64,000 nucleotides of DNA. Origin: Macrostomum lignano (taxonomy: Eukaryota). Made by a program: the position numbers and the translations under genes. The DNA lies in the NCBI GenBank assembly GCA_002269645.1, contig NIVC01000365.1:248001-312000 (forward strand), read 5' to 3'. Positions within the stretch are counted from its first letter, which is position 1, and each line of letters opens with the position of its first letter. Under the pieces are notes generated by a model. That model searched no databases. It was given only the letters and a program-made list of their open reading frames with translations, and was not told where the DNA came from. Shown one piece after another: positions 39,212 to 52,896 of the stretch.

Positions 39212-42200
39212 ATGCACAGCCAATCAGACACCCAGGCCGGAAGCGGCAGCTTCCAATCTATTGGAGAATTCTACGCCGGCAAAGACGTGTTCATCACCGG
39301 TATAACCGGCTTCATAGGCAAGGTGCTGCTGGAGAAGCTGCTCTGGGCCTGTCCGCAGGTCGGCCGAGTCTACGCCATGATGCGCCCGAAACGGGGCCGC
39401 CCCGTGGAGGAGCGACTGGAGGTGAGGGCGAGCAGGGCAGGGATAAATGATTGATGGGGATAGACTTAATTAGCTTTGCACACTAGAGTGGCCAATCTGT
39501 GGATTGAGGGTGATCGGTATAATAGAGTGACTATAGAGAGTGACAGACAAATGTCTGATATGGCAGACATTGGAATTAGCAATGTAAGACATGGATGAAT
39601 CTGGAGTTTACAGATGCGAGCTAAAAAAGGTCTGTAGTGACAGATGAGACAGAATGGACTTGGGTGACACTTATAAGTGACAGACAGAGAGGAATCTGGA
39701 GTGACAGACAGAGAGGAATCTGGAGTGACAGACAGAGGAATCTGGAGTGACAGACAGAGGAATCTGGAGTGACAGACAGAGAGGAATCTGGAGTGACAGA
39801 CAGAGATAACTGGAGTGACAGACAGAGAGGAATCTGGAGTGACAGGCCTATGGAGATTCAAGGCAGGTGAGCACCCACCATTCCCAGGAGCTGCTGGACA
39901 GCGCCCTGTTTGATCGTCTCCGACGCGACCGGCCCGACTTTCGCGACCAGATCCGGCCGGTGCAGGGCGACATGTTCGAGCCCGGCCTCGGCCTCGCGCC
40001 CGAAGCCATCGAAGAGCTTCAAGAACGCGTCAGCATTGTTTTCCACAGCGCGGCCACCGTCCGCTTCGACGAGCATCTGAAAATCGCCGTCCAAATGAAC
40101 CTGGACGGGCCGCGCAAAGTGGCCGAGCTGTGCGAAGGCATGCGCAAGCTGGAAGCCTTGGTCCACGTGTCCACCGCCTACGCCAACTGCGAGCGCAAGG
40201 TGGTGGACGAGATCGTCTACGCGCCGGATGTGCACCCGCAGAAACTGCTGGACGCCATCGAGTGGATGGATGACGGCGTCTTGGAACAGGTTGGTTTGTT
40301 TAGGCGCTATATTTTAAGAACATAGACATCGCTGGTTGTTTAAAAGTACATTTCTACCAGTTTGTATCACTAAAGTACACATGCACCAATCGCTATTACT
40401 AAATTGCACAAGCGTCGGTCGCTGTTAAAAAGTACACATTGCCGGTTCGCCTATGTGTCTGTCTCTCTATGCCAGTCTGTCTGTATTACTAAAGTACACA
40501 TGTACCGGTTAGCATAAAAAAGTACACGTGAACTAGCTAGTAATTTAAAATTACACATTTAAGTAGCGTGAACCAAATTGTTTGCCGTCAGGTCACCCCA
40601 AAACTGCTGGGCCAGAAGCCGAATACCTACACCTTCACCAAGCAGCTTGCCGAGTTCTACCTAGTGAACAAGTTCCCCAACCTGCCGCTGATCATTGTGC
40701 GCCCATCCATTGTTGGCGCCAGCTGGGAGGATCCGTTCCCGGGCTGGGTGGACAACTTCAACGGGCCTACGGGCCTCTTTGCCGCTGTGGGCAAGGTAGG
40801 CAGACAGAGTACTGAAAGATAAGGTGCAGCTTAATTAGACCATATTGAGTTTAATTATTCCAAACCCACAGCTTGAAAAACCCACTTCCCAAAAGATAGA
40901 AGATCAGAAATCCCAGATTTGACAGCCCAGAAGTCCCAGATCCCACAGCCAGAAATCCCAGATCCCACAGCTCAGAAATTGATCCAGATCTCACAGCCCA
41001 GAACTCCCAGATCTGACAGCCCCAAAATCCCAGATCCCACAGCCCAGAAATCGCAGATCCCACAGCCCAGAAATCCCAGATCCCACAGCTCAGAAATCGC
41101 AGATCCCACAGCCCAGAAATCGCAGATCCCACAGCCCAGAAATCGCAGATCCCACAGCTCAGAAATCCCAGATCCCACAGCCCAGAACTCCCAGATCTGA
41201 CAGCCCCGAAATCCCAGATCCCACAGCCCAGAAATCCCAGATCCCACAGCCCAGAAATCCCAGATCCCACAGCCCAGAAATCCCAGATCCCACAGCCCAG
41301 AAATCCCAGATCCCACAGCCCAGAAATCCCAGATCCCACAGCCCAGAAATCCCAGATCCCACAGCTCAGAAATCCCAGATCCCACAGTCCAGAACTCCCA
41401 GATCCCACAGCCCAGAAATCCCAGATCCCACAGCTCAGAAATCCTAGATCCCACAGCCCAGAACTCCCAGATCTGACGGCCCCGAAATCCCAGATCCCAC
41501 AGCCCAGAAATCCCAGATCCCACAGCTCAGAAATCCCAGATCCCACAGTCCAGAACTCCCAGATCCCACAGCCCCGAAATCCCAGATCCCACAGCTCAGA
41601 AATCCTAGATCCCACAGCCCAGCAGTCGCCGCTCCCCACCGCAGGGCATGATGCGCATTATGCACGGCGACCGCAGCTGCCGGGCGGACATTGTGCCAGT
41701 GGATATCGCCACCAACGTGCTGCTGGCCAGCGTGTGGCACCAGCGGCAGTTCAAGCCGCAGGGCAGGCAGCCGGTGTACCATGCCGTGATCGGGCCGGCC
41801 AACCGGCTCACCTGGGCGGACATTGAGACCCTGACGCCAAAGAACTTCGTGGCCCATCCTACTCAGAGTGCTATCCGCCTGCCCAAGGCAGTGTTCACCA
41901 CCAATACGTTGTGGTACCAGGCGAACTGGCTGTTCAACCACCAGCTGCCCGCCTTCCTGTTGGATCTGTGGATGTACGCCAGCTGGAGGAAGGCAGTGTG
42001 AGTGACAGCTTGGAATTCATTTGGGTGAACGGCGGTAGCTATTGAGTATCCATTTGGGTGAATGGCGGTAGCTATTGGATCCATTTGGGTGAATGGCGGT
42101 AGCTATTGGATCCATTTGGGTGAATGGCGGTAGCTATTGAGTATCCATTTGGGTGAATGGCGCTAGCTATTGAGTATCCATTTGGGTGAATGGCGGTAGC

Positions 42201-45200
42201 TATTGAGTATCCATTTGGGTGAATGGCGGTAGCTATTGGATCCATTTGAGTGAATGGCGGTAGCTATTGAGTATCCATTTGGGTGAATGGCGGTAGCTAT
42301 TGAGTATCCATTTGGGTGAATGGCGGTAGCTATTGAGTATCCATTTGGGTGAATGGCGGTAGCTATTGAGTATCCATTTGGGTGAATGGCGGTAGCTATT
42401 GAGTATCCATTTGGGTGAATGGCGGTAGCTATTGAGTATCCATTTGGGTGAATGGCGGTAGCTATTGAGTATCCATTTGGGTGAATGGCGGTAGCTATTG
42501 AGTATCCATTTGGGTGAATGGCGGTAGCTAGTGAAATTCGGAATTTCTTCACTTAGAATCTGTCGAATGCTTTAACGTCCAGTAGCATTTGTAAACTTTA
42601 TCACGCTAAAAGTAAAACGCTCTCTAGCTGTTATATTACATGAAAGTGAAATACTTGAAGTGCATCGCAACCTTAACATTCACGCGCATTCACGCAGCGT
42701 TAAGCGCAAAGTTTTTCTGCACCAACCCAGCTCTAGGCTAGCAGAGGCCACTGGATAATGTTAAAGCTGAGTGTGACACACACTGACGTACATTGCAGTT
42801 GAGCACGGCTTGATAGCGTGTTTCTCTGTCTCTGACCGCCTTATCTGGGCCAAATGCCCGACAATCCAGATCTGGCGTTGTTTATAATAAAGAAGCAAAA
42901 ACTCTCGCATTCCACCCTGCACTGGCGCACTTGTTAGCGTAAATACTTAAAATAGAAATGGCATGTGCGCCAGTCCTGTGCGGTGACGGGTCACGCCATT
43001 CCGCTCTGGCCTGCGCGCACTTTAATGCAGTATTATTTAGTTGCATTGGGTTTTTGCAATCTGACTTCGAATTTTATCAGATAACCGTGGCAGTCATTGA
43101 ATTTTGATTCAGGTGTATCCTGTGTCTGATGGAGCTTATGTATATGCTTAACGATTCTTAAGTAAAGTAGTTTAGTTTTCATCAACTGGGGATTACCCTA
43201 GATCGTCGATAGAGGATTTCCCTGTATCATAAATTTTGGATTCCCCTAGATCTTCAATGTGGGATTCCCCTAGATCATCAATGTGTGATTCCCCTAGATC
43301 TTCAATCTGGGATTCCCATAGATCTTCAATGTGGGATTCCCATAGATCTTCAATGTGTGATTCCCCTAGATCATCAATGTGGGATTCCCCTAGATCTTCA
43401 ATGTGTGATTCCCCTAGATCATCAATGTGGGATTCCTCTAGATCTTCAATGTGGGATTCCTCTAGATCATCAATGTGGGATTCTTCTAGATCTTAAATGT
43501 GGGATTCCCATAGATCTTCAATCTGGGATTCCCCTAGATCATCAATGTGGGATTCCCATAGATCTTCAATGTGTGATTCCCCTAGATCTTCAATGTGGGA
43601 TTCCTCTAGATCTTCAATGTGTGATTCCCCTAGATCTTCAATCTGGGATTCCCATAGATCTTCAATGTGAGATTCCCATAGATCTTCAATGTGTGATTCC
43701 CCTAGATCATCAATGTGGGATTCCCCTAGATCTTCAATGTGGGATTCCTCTAGATCATCAATGTGGGATTCTTCTAGATCTTAAATGTGGGATTCCCATA
43801 GATCTTCAATGTGGGATTCCCATAGATCTTCAATGTGGGATTCCCCTAGATCTTCAATGTGGGATTCTTCTAGATCTTAAATGTGGGATTCCCATAGATC
43901 TTCAATGTGGGATTCCCATAGATCTTCAATGTGGGATTCCCCTAGATCTTCAATGTGGGATTCCCCTAGATCATCAATGTGGGATTCCCCTAGATCTTCA
44001 ATGTGGGATTCCTCTAGATCTTCAATGTGTGATTCCCCTAGATCTTCAATGTGGGATTCCTCTAGATCATCAATGTGGGATTCTTCTAGATCTTAAATGT
44101 GGGATTCCCCTAGATCTTCAATGTGGGATTCCTCTAGATCATCAATGTGGGATTCTTCTAGATCTTCAATGTGGGATTCCCATAGATCTTCAATGTGGGA
44201 TTCCCATAGATCTTCAATGTGTGATTCCCCTAGATCATCAATGTGTGATTCCCATAGATCTTCAATGTGAGATTCCCCTAGATCATCAATGTGGGATTCC
44301 CCTAGATCGTCAATGTGGGATTCCTCTAGATCTTCAATGTGTGATTCCCCTAGATCTTCAATGTGTGATTCTGCTAGATCATCAATGTGTGATTCCCCTT
44401 GATCATCAATGTGTGATTCCCCTAGATCTTCAATGTGTGATTCCCCTAGATCTTCAATGTGTGATTCTGCTAGATCATCAATGTGGGATTCCCCTAGATC
44501 TTCAATGTGGGATTCTGCTAGATCATCAATGTGGGATTCCCCTAGATCATCAATGTGGGATTCCCCTAGATCTTCAATGTGGGATTCCTCTAGATCATCA
44601 ATGTGGGATTCTTCTAGATCTTAAATGTGGGATTCCCATAGATCTTCAATGTGGGATTCCCATAGATCTTCAATGTGGGATTCCCCTAGATCTTCAATGT
44701 GGGATTCCTCTAGATCATCAATGTGGGATTCTGCTAGATCATCAATGTGTGATTCCCCTAGATCATCAATGTGTGATTCTGCTAGATCATCATCATTGAA
44801 GGCCAAAAGAATCGCACAGATTAAATTCACTCCCGCTGCCCCACCATCAACCCGAACAGATTCGTCCGCGTATCGAATCGCATCAACAAGTCCATTCGAA
44901 CTCTGGAATATTTCACCCACCGGGAATGGATGTTCAACAATGCCAATGTCATGCACGCCATGGAGTGCATGTCGCCGTCGGATCGAGTGGTAAGTAAAAT
45001 TGCTTTGATAATTATTCAATTTCTACTTTAGAAGGATTATTTTAGTGCTGACGTCACTTCCGGTTCAGTGTTGAGGGCATCCATTGACCATTTCTAAACT
45101 GACATCACTTCCGGTTCAGTGTTTAGAGCATCCGTTGGAAACTGGCATCACTTCCGGTCCAGTTTTGAGGGCATCCATTGACCATTTCTAAACTGACATC

Positions 45201-46834
45201 ACTTCCGGTTCAGTGTTGAGGGCATCCATTGACCATTTCTAAACTGGCATCACTTCCGGTTCAGTGTTGAGGGCATCCGTTGGAAACTGGCATCACTTCC
45301 GGTTCAGTGTTGAGGGCATCCGTTGGAAACTGGCATCACTTCCGGTCCAGTGTTGAGGGCATCTATTGACCATTTCTAAACTGACATCACTTCCGGTTCA
45401 GTGTTGAGGGCATCCATTGACCATTTCTAAACTGGCATCACTTCCGGTTCAGTGTTGAGGGCATCCGTTGGAAACTGGCATCACTTCCGGTTCAGTGTTG
45501 AGGGCATCCGTTGGAAACTGGCATCACTTCCGGTTCAGTGTTGAGAGCATCCGTTGGGAACTGGCATCACTTCCGGTTCAGTGTTGAGAGCATCCGTTGG
45601 GAACTGGCATCACTTCCGGTTCAGTGTTGAGGGCATCCGTTGGAAACTGGCATCACTTCCGGTTCAGTGTTGAGAGCATCCGTTGGAAACTGGCATCACT
45701 TCCGGTTCAGTGTTGAGAGCATCTGTTGGAAACTGGCATCACTTCCGGTCCAGTGTTGAGGGCATCCATTGACCATTTCTAAACTGGCATCACTTCCGGT
45801 TCAGTGTTGAGGGCATCCGTTGGAAACTGGCATCACTTCCGGTTCAGTGTTGAGGGCATCCGTTGGAAACTGGCATCACTTCCGGTTCAGTGTTGAGGGC
45901 ATCCGTTGGAAACTGGCATCACTTCCGGTTCAGTGTTGAGAGCATCCGTTGGGAACTGGCATCACTTCCGGTTCAGTGTTGAGAGCATCCGTTGGAAACT
46001 GGCATCACTTCCGGTTCAGTGTTGAGAGCATCCGTTGGAAACTGGCATCACTTCCGGTTCAGTGTTGAGAGCATCCGTTGGAAACTGGCATCACTTCCGG
46101 TTCAGTGTTGAGGGCATCCGTTGACCATTTCTAAACTGGCATCACTTCCGGTTCAGTGTTGAGGGCATCCGTTGGAAACTGACATCACTTCCAGTTTACA
46201 CAATTTACACAATTCACACAATTTATTATTATTGTTGCTATCCGTCCGACTCAGGTCTCATATTCAGTTTCTGATGTAATTGCTCTAGTTTAATAAAAAT
46301 CGCTATTCGAATCCCATTCGGACTCGCACAGGAATTCGACTGCGACGCCTCCAAGCTGGACTGGCATGAGTACCTGGAGCGCTACTGCATCGGGGTGAAG
46401 CGATATGCGCTAAAAGAAAGCGACGAAGACGTTGGCACAGCCAGGGCTCGCATTAGAAAGTAAGTCAGGTTTACTTATTTTGCTAGCCTGCTACTACTGT
46501 TTTATTCATTCCTCAGTAGACAGAATAGGTTTTTGCTAATAGTTTGCTAATAGTTTTTTCGCATTCGCATAAACAGACTTAATTTACTTGGTAGTTTACG
46601 AAGCAGTTGCGTATACCTATAAGGGCATAGTTACTCCCGCCGTTTACCTTGATGATTTTTCGTTTCTCCCGCCGCAGGCTGCAACGACTGGGCCTGCTGT
46701 GGAATGTGCTGCTCTGCGTGCTGCTGTGGCGCCTGACAGTGAAGCGGGTGCCCCTGCTGCGCACCATGTGGCTGGTGATGCTCAACCTGGCCGGCTCGCT
46801 GTTCAACAAGCTGCCCCGGTTGGCCAGGTCCTAA
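39212..46834 (+). CDS. FAR: Fatty acyl-CoA reductase, join(39212..39421,39888..40289,40592..40795,41645..41997,44860..44989,46332..46459,46678..46834), 527 aa
   Basis: Rossmann [26 protein letters not shown], catalytic [37 protein letters not shown] and a hydrophobic C-terminus. Six GT-AG introns with matching phases (0,0,0,2,0,2); 1584 nt total. Confidence 0.96.
39660..39846. repeat. 22-24-bp minisatellite (GTGACAGACAGAGAGGAATCTGGA), FAR intron 1
   Basis: Direct reading. Confidence 0.9.
40905..41622. repeat. 23-bp minisatellite (CCCAGATCCCACAGCCCAGAAAT), FAR intron 3
   Basis: Direct reading. Confidence 0.95.
42020..42530. repeat. 33-bp minisatellite (ATCCATTTGGGTGAATGGCGGTAGCTATTGAGT), FAR intron 4
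   Basis: Direct reading. Confidence 0.95.
43230..44792. repeat. 24-bp minisatellite (TGTGGGATTCCCCTAGATCTTCAA), FAR intron 4
   Basis: Direct reading; source of the [11 protein letters not shown]. Confidence 0.96.
45050..46192. repeat. 43-bp (variant ~50-bp) minisatellite (CATCACTTCCGGTTCAGTGTTGAGGGCATCCGTTGGAAACTGG), FAR intron 5
   Basis: Direct reading. Confidence 0.95.
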
Positions 46835-47769
46835 CCAGTGCAATCCGGAGCCTCGCCCCGCCCTAGCGACTGCAATTCCTCCACTCAGTGCTGCTCAGTC
46901 GGTATGCAGATTTCCCGGAGTTATCATCTTGGACTATGCGAAATATTCTCCCTTTTGGCTATTTTATTTATTTATTTATTTATAGCAGATTTCAGCGGTG
47001 CCCGGCCTCGTCCGAATTTGCGTTTCGCTTCAATTCTTACTGTTCAAAGTACAAATAGCGAAAAGTACATCTTAATAAAGTTACCTTTTGATAAAAGTAC
47101 AATTTTGTCTCTGAAAAGTACTTTTAATCCAATTTATAGCGCCTACAAGGGTTTTTGGCCTCTTATAAATCTCTCATCTCATACTCTTATCCGCACGGCT
47201 GTCGAATATTCAATTTGTACTACTCAGCCTTGTGAGTAGTGTCATGCGCACGTGCGAATTCAGATTATTGTAATTTACATTAAGTACTAATTGAATTTAC
47301 TTGACGCATTCATTCTGGGAGGCCCCGGACGCCGCAAGATGTCCGATTGCTGGCCCTGTTGATGCACCAGGCTATTTTTTCATATTATAAACTTTGCCAA
47401 CGTGTACTTTTTATTGCCCGCTATCTATAAAAATATTATTATAATCAATTTTCTATTCTCCAGTGCCCGTTGCTTTTCAGTTGTTTTTTTAGTTCGTTTT
47501 TTATTAGTTTGGGGGCTCGGGCCGTTTCGTGCCGCCTCTTGACTTCGAGTTTTTGTTTTGCCTACAGGAGCGAAGTCCGTGCTCTGCCGTCTTCTTTTAC
47601 TTGTGATTGCGACTTTTTGATGAAATCTAATTGTTATAACGGGCCGACACGACGGAGCGAAGCTTTCAGTGTCTTTGAGCACATGGCTGCCTTCCCGAGT
47701 TGAGTTTCTGAGCCTGCGCGGCAGACAATTCCAGTTGATGTCTTCTTGGCGGCTTGTTTATTTTCTGTT

Positions 47770-48720
47770 GATTTGGCAGATTGTGGATTTGCCAGACTTT
47801 ATATATGGCAGCTTGTGGATTTGGTAGATTGTGGATATGGCAGACTTTATATATGGCAGATTGTGGATTTGGTAGATTGTGGATATGGCAGATTATTGGT
47901 ATGGCAGATTGTGGATTTGGTAGATTGTGGATATGGCAGATTATTGATATGGCAGATTATTGGTATGGCAGATTATTGGTATGGCAGATTATTGGTATGG
48001 CAGATTATTGATATGGCAGATTATTGGTATGGCAGATTGTGGATATGGCAGATTGTGGATTTGGTAGATTGTGGATATGGCAGATTATTGGTATGGCAGA
48101 TTATTGGTATGGCAGATTATTGGTATGGCAGATTGTGGATATGGCAGATTTCGGATTTTCAAATTGTACATATATGATAGGTTTGTGAATACGGCAGATT
48201 GTACAGTATATGGTGGGTTGTATATGTGGTGGCTTGTGGATATGGCAGATTGTATATGTGGTGGCTTGTGGATACGGCAGATTGTATATAGTGTGGGTTG
48301 TGAATATGGCAGATTTTATTTGTGGTGGCTTGTAGATACGGCAGATTGTATATGTGGTGGGTTGTGGATACGGCAGATTGTATATGTGGTGGCTTGTGGA
48401 TATGGTAGATTGTATGTGTGGTGGCTTGTGGATACGGCAGATTGTATATGTGGTGGCTTGTGGATACGGCAGATTGTATATGTGGTGGCTTGTGGATACG
48501 GCAGATTGTATATGTGGTGGCTTGTGGATACGGCAGATTGTATGTGGTGGCTTGTGGATAGGGCAGATTGTATATGTGGTGGCTTGTGGATATGGTAGAT
48601 TGTATATGTAGTGGCTTGTGGATAGGGCAGATTGTATATGTAGTGGCTTGTGGATACGGCAGATTGTATATGTGGTGGCTTGTGGATACGGCAGATTGTA
48701 TTTGTGGTGGCTTGTGGAAT
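47770..48720. repeat. 16-bp repeat (GGCAGATTGTGGATAT) grading into a 32-bp dimeric unit
   Basis: Direct reading. Confidence 0.9.
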
Positions 48721-49339
48721 CGGCAGCATGGCATGAACTGAGAATGTTAGATAACGGTCAGAGCGGCTTCTCATGCGCTACCGAGGTGCACTTGATAGAC
48801 TCGCACTTGAAACTGAGAGGCCATTAGCATGACTTCAACTGCTGCAAAAGAATTGCCTGACTCATAAATTAATTTGTCAAGATTGGCATTCCTAAGCTCG
48901 GCGGCCCGAGTATGGCTGCTGTGCAAATCTGCCCAGCATTTCTTCTGTTATTCTAAGCGGTTGAGAACAGTAGAATTTTTGTAGCAAAAATGAAACGAAA
49001 ATAGTCTTCTATATCTAGACATTGTTTGCAGTAGCTTCTCTTTCGCAACTTCTGTAGGAATGCTCACAGCATTGAGCTGCCTTTGAGAACTTTCCTAGCC
49101 AGCGCATGCCTTTCTGAGCAAACTGTCAGCTTCTGCAAACTGTCTTGGCGTTTCTTCGAAAATATGCGCCAGACAGCTGACCTGTTTGCACCGGCCTCTG
49201 ATGTCCCCGCCTCTGTGCAGCTCGAATGAAACGGGCACCATTGGGGTTCCTATACTCGCAATAGCATGCCTGTGAGCTGCCAAAGTTTGCTGAGGAATTT
49301 GCTTCTTTATGTCATATTTTGTCTGCCATCCCTCCACTT

Positions 49340-51215
49340 CTCAATTTCCCCTTCTCCATCACCCTCTCCTCCATCTCCCTCTCTCCTCCATCTCCCTCTC
49401 TCCTCCATCTCCCTCTCTCCTCCATCTCCCTCTACTCCGTCTCCCTCTCTTCTCCATCTCCCTCTCTCCTCCATCTCCCTCTCTCCTCCATCTCCCTCTC
49501 TCCTCCACCTCCCTCTCTCCTCCATCTCCCTCTACTCCGTCTCCCTCTCTTCTCCATCTCCCTCTCTCCTCCATCTCCCTCTCTCCTCCATCTCCCTCTC
49601 TCCTCCACCTCCCTCTCTCCTCCACCTCCCTCTCCTCCACCTCCCTCTCCTTCATCTCCCTCTCTCCTCCATCTCCCTCTCTCCTCCATCTCCCTCTCCT
49701 CTATCTCCTTCTCTCCTCCATCTCCCTCTCTCCTCCACCTCCCTCTCCTCCATCTCCCTCTCTCCTCCATCTCCCTCTCCTCTATCTCCTTCTCTCCTCC
49801 ATCTCCCTCTCTCCTCCACCTCCCTCTCCTCCATCTCCTTCTCTCCTCCATCTCCTTCTCTCCTCCATCTCCCTCTCTCCTCCACCTCCCTCTCCTCCAT
49901 CTCCTTCTCTCCTCCATCTCCTTCTCTCCTCCATCTCCCTCTCTTCTCCATCTCCCTCTCTCCTCCATCTCCCTCTCTTCTCCATCACCCTCTCCTCCAT
50001 CTCCCTCTCTTCTTCATCTCCCTCTCTCCTCCATCTCCCTCTCTTCTCCGTCTCCCTCTCTCCTCCATCTCCCTCTCTTCTCCATCTCCCTCTCTTCTCC
50101 ATCTCCCTCTCTTCTCCATCACCCTCTCCTCCATCTCTCTCTCTCCTCCACCTCCCTCTCCTCCATCTCCTTCTCTCCTCCATCTCCTTCTCTCCTCCAT
50201 CACCCTCTCCTCCATCTCCCTCTCTCCTCCACCTCCCTCTCCTCCACCTCCCTCTCCTTCATCTCCCTCTCTCCTCCATCTCCCTCTCCTCTATCTCCTT
50301 CTCTCCTTCATCTCCCTCTCTTCTCCATCTTCCTCTCTCCTCCACCTCCCTCTCCTCCATCTCCCTCTCTTCTCCATCACCCTCTTCTCCATCTCCCTCT
50401 CTCCTCCACCTCCCTCTCCTCTATCTCCTTCTCTCCTCCATCTTCTCTCTCCTCCATCTCCTTCTCTCCTCCATCACCCTCTCCTCCATCTCCCTCTCTT
50501 CTCCATCACCCTCTCCTCCATCTCCCTCTCTCCTCCATCTCCCTCTCTTCTCCATCTCCCTCTCTTCTCCATCTCCCTCTCTTCTCCATCTCCCTCTCTT
50601 CTCCATCTCCCTCTCTCCTCCATCTCCCTCTCTTCTCCATCTCCCTCTCTTCTCCATCTCCCTCTCTTCTCCATCTCCCTCTCTTCTCCATCTCCCTCTC
50701 TTCTCCATCTCCCTCTCTTCTCCATCTCCCTCTCTTCTCCATCTTCTCTCTCCTCCATCTCCCTCTCTCCTCCATCACCCTCTCCTCCATCTCCCTCTCT
50801 CCTCCATCTCCCTCTCTCCTCCATCTCCCTCTCTTCTCCATCTCCCTCTCTCCTCCATCTCCCTCTCTTCTCCATCTCCCTCTCTTCTCCATCTCCCTCT
50901 CTTCTCCATCTCCCTCTCCTCCATCTCCCTCTCTTCTCCATCTCCCTCTCTTCTCCATCTCCCTCTCTTCTCCATCTCCCTCTCTTCTCCATCTTCTCTC
51001 TCCTCCATCTCCCTCTCTCATCCATCACCCTCTCCTCCATCTCCCTCTCTCCTCCATCTCCCTCTCTCCTCCATCTCCCTCTCTTCTCCATCTCCCTCTC
51101 TTCTCCATCTCCCTCTCTTCTCCATCTCCCTCTCTTCTCCATCTCCCTCTCTTCTCCATCTCCCTCTCCTCCATCTCCCTCTCTCCTCCATCACCCTCTC
51201 CTCCATCTCCCTCTC
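49340..51215. repeat. Polypyrimidine ~16-bp repeat (CTCCATCTCCCTCTCT)
   Basis: Direct reading. Confidence 0.95.
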
Positions 51216-51668
51216 TCGTCTTGCTCCCGCCCCATCCCCTTCGGCAAGTACTCAGTCAAAAGCAGAAGCCTTTGGCAAGAGATTTGATTGGCAACTGGTT
51301 AGCACTATTTGCAGCTGTGGCACTCGTATATATTCACTTATCATAGCAACTAGTTAGAACTCTAAAAATGTGATATCAAATTGTACAATCAGGTATTGAG
51401 AATTGTTTGTGTAGCAATAGCAATGAGCAGCACTTCTCAAACGCGTGTACATTGGAGGTAATAAAAATTTATAAAACATAAAAACTCCGAATAAAAAAAT
51501 ATAGTCGAATTCCATACTAGGGAAAGTTCATGTTCAGAACTAGCAAAAATTGGTTTTCAATATCGGCGGCAACGGATCTCGGACATGAAAATGCAGCCAA
51601 GGGGTCAGGACCGTCAATTCGGTGAGGAGGACATGTACATTTAATGCTATTCAGCCACCTGCACGCGT

Positions 51669-52896
51669 CTAGAACTTGAATGTGCTTTTCGTCTTGCCCG
51701 GCTCCTTGTGCCGCTTGCTGTGCAGCTGCAGGTGGTCGGACCGGCTGAACTGCTTCGGGCACAGCATGCAGCGGAACGGCTTCTCGCCCGTGTGAATTCG
51801 CTGATGGCGCACCAGCTCGTCTGACCGGGGGAACGACCAGCTGCAGCCTGGCCACGTGCAGTGGAACGGCCGCTCCTCTGCGGGTGAGGGGAATTCGTGC
51901 CTGGTGCCGAGATCAGCTGATTGGCGGGCTGGCTAGCCTCCCTCTGATTGGCGGGCTGGCTAGCCTCCCTCTGATTGGCGGGCTGGCTAGCCTCCCTCTG
52001 ATTGGCGGGCTGGCTAGCCTCCCTCTGATTGGCGGGCTGGCTAGCCTCCCTCTGATTGGCGGGCTGGCTAGCCTCCCTCTGATTGGCGGGCTGGCTAGCC
52101 TCCCTCTGATTGGCGGGCTGGCTAGCCTCCCTCTGATTGGCGGGCTGGCTAGCTTCTCTCTGATTGGCGGGCTGGCTACCCTCCCTCTGATTGGCGGGCT
52201 GGCTAGCCTCTCTCTGATTTGCCAGCCTCTACTTTCATTTGTGGACTGGAGCATCAAGCTGTTGGACCCACTTTTCATAATTATTTAAATTTTCATCGTC
52301 AGTTTTTATGAGCCAAGATTCCTGTGCGGATAGGAATTAACATTTTAGTTCAGGCCTGATGCAGTTCCCCAGCTATTTAAATTTCCCACCATGAACTCAC
52401 CATTGTGCGAGCGCAGGTGCGTCTTCAGGTGCGAGTTCTTGAGATAGGCCTTGCAGCACCCCTGGTGGGGGCACACGAAGTTTCTCGGCCGGTCGCTCGG
52501 CGCCCCCGACTGCGCCGCCGCCGTCTGCTGCGGGTCGCCGCTGCTGCCGGTGGTGGCGCGGCTGCTGACGGACGCCGAGCTCACCTGGTCGTCCATCGGC
52601 ATCAGGAACTTCTCCCAGTCGTCCTCGGTGGCGGCAGCCGCGGAAGCAGCGGCATCCATGGTGACATCGGCGGTCAGGATGCAGTCGTCCAGCATCAGGT
52701 CGGGCAGGTCCCGGCAGCACTGCGGCCCGACTGCCATCGCAGAAGATATCGCCGTCCAGTTCGACATTTCGTTCGACAGGTAGAAAGCAGGCGACGTTGT
52801 CGCCGCCGCGGCTGCCGCAGCTTCCTCGAACTCCCCGAACAGCATCAGCTGGTCGGCCTCCGGCTCCGTCTTGACGCCAGCTGAGGACGGGTTCAT
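51669..52896 (-). CDS. KLF: Kruppel-like factor (three C-terminal C2H2 fingers), complement(join(51669..51877,52401..52896)), 234 aa
   Basis: ZF1 [23 protein letters not shown]. Exon 2, translated by hand, gives [56 protein letters not shown]. The intron is phase 1, AATG|GTGAGT..CCCGCAG|AG. Confidence 0.93.
51915..52222. repeat. 27-bp minisatellite (CTGATTGGCGGGCTGGCTAGCCTCCCT) x11, KLF intron
   Basis: Direct reading. Confidence 0.96.

Noticed and set aside
43285-44799. 504-aa Cys-rich ORF (CGIPLDLQ)n
   Set aside because: 24-bp minisatellite within FAR intron 4.
49266-51357. Three ~680-aa ORFs in all plus frames
   Set aside because: Polypyrimidine repeat that cannot form stop codons.
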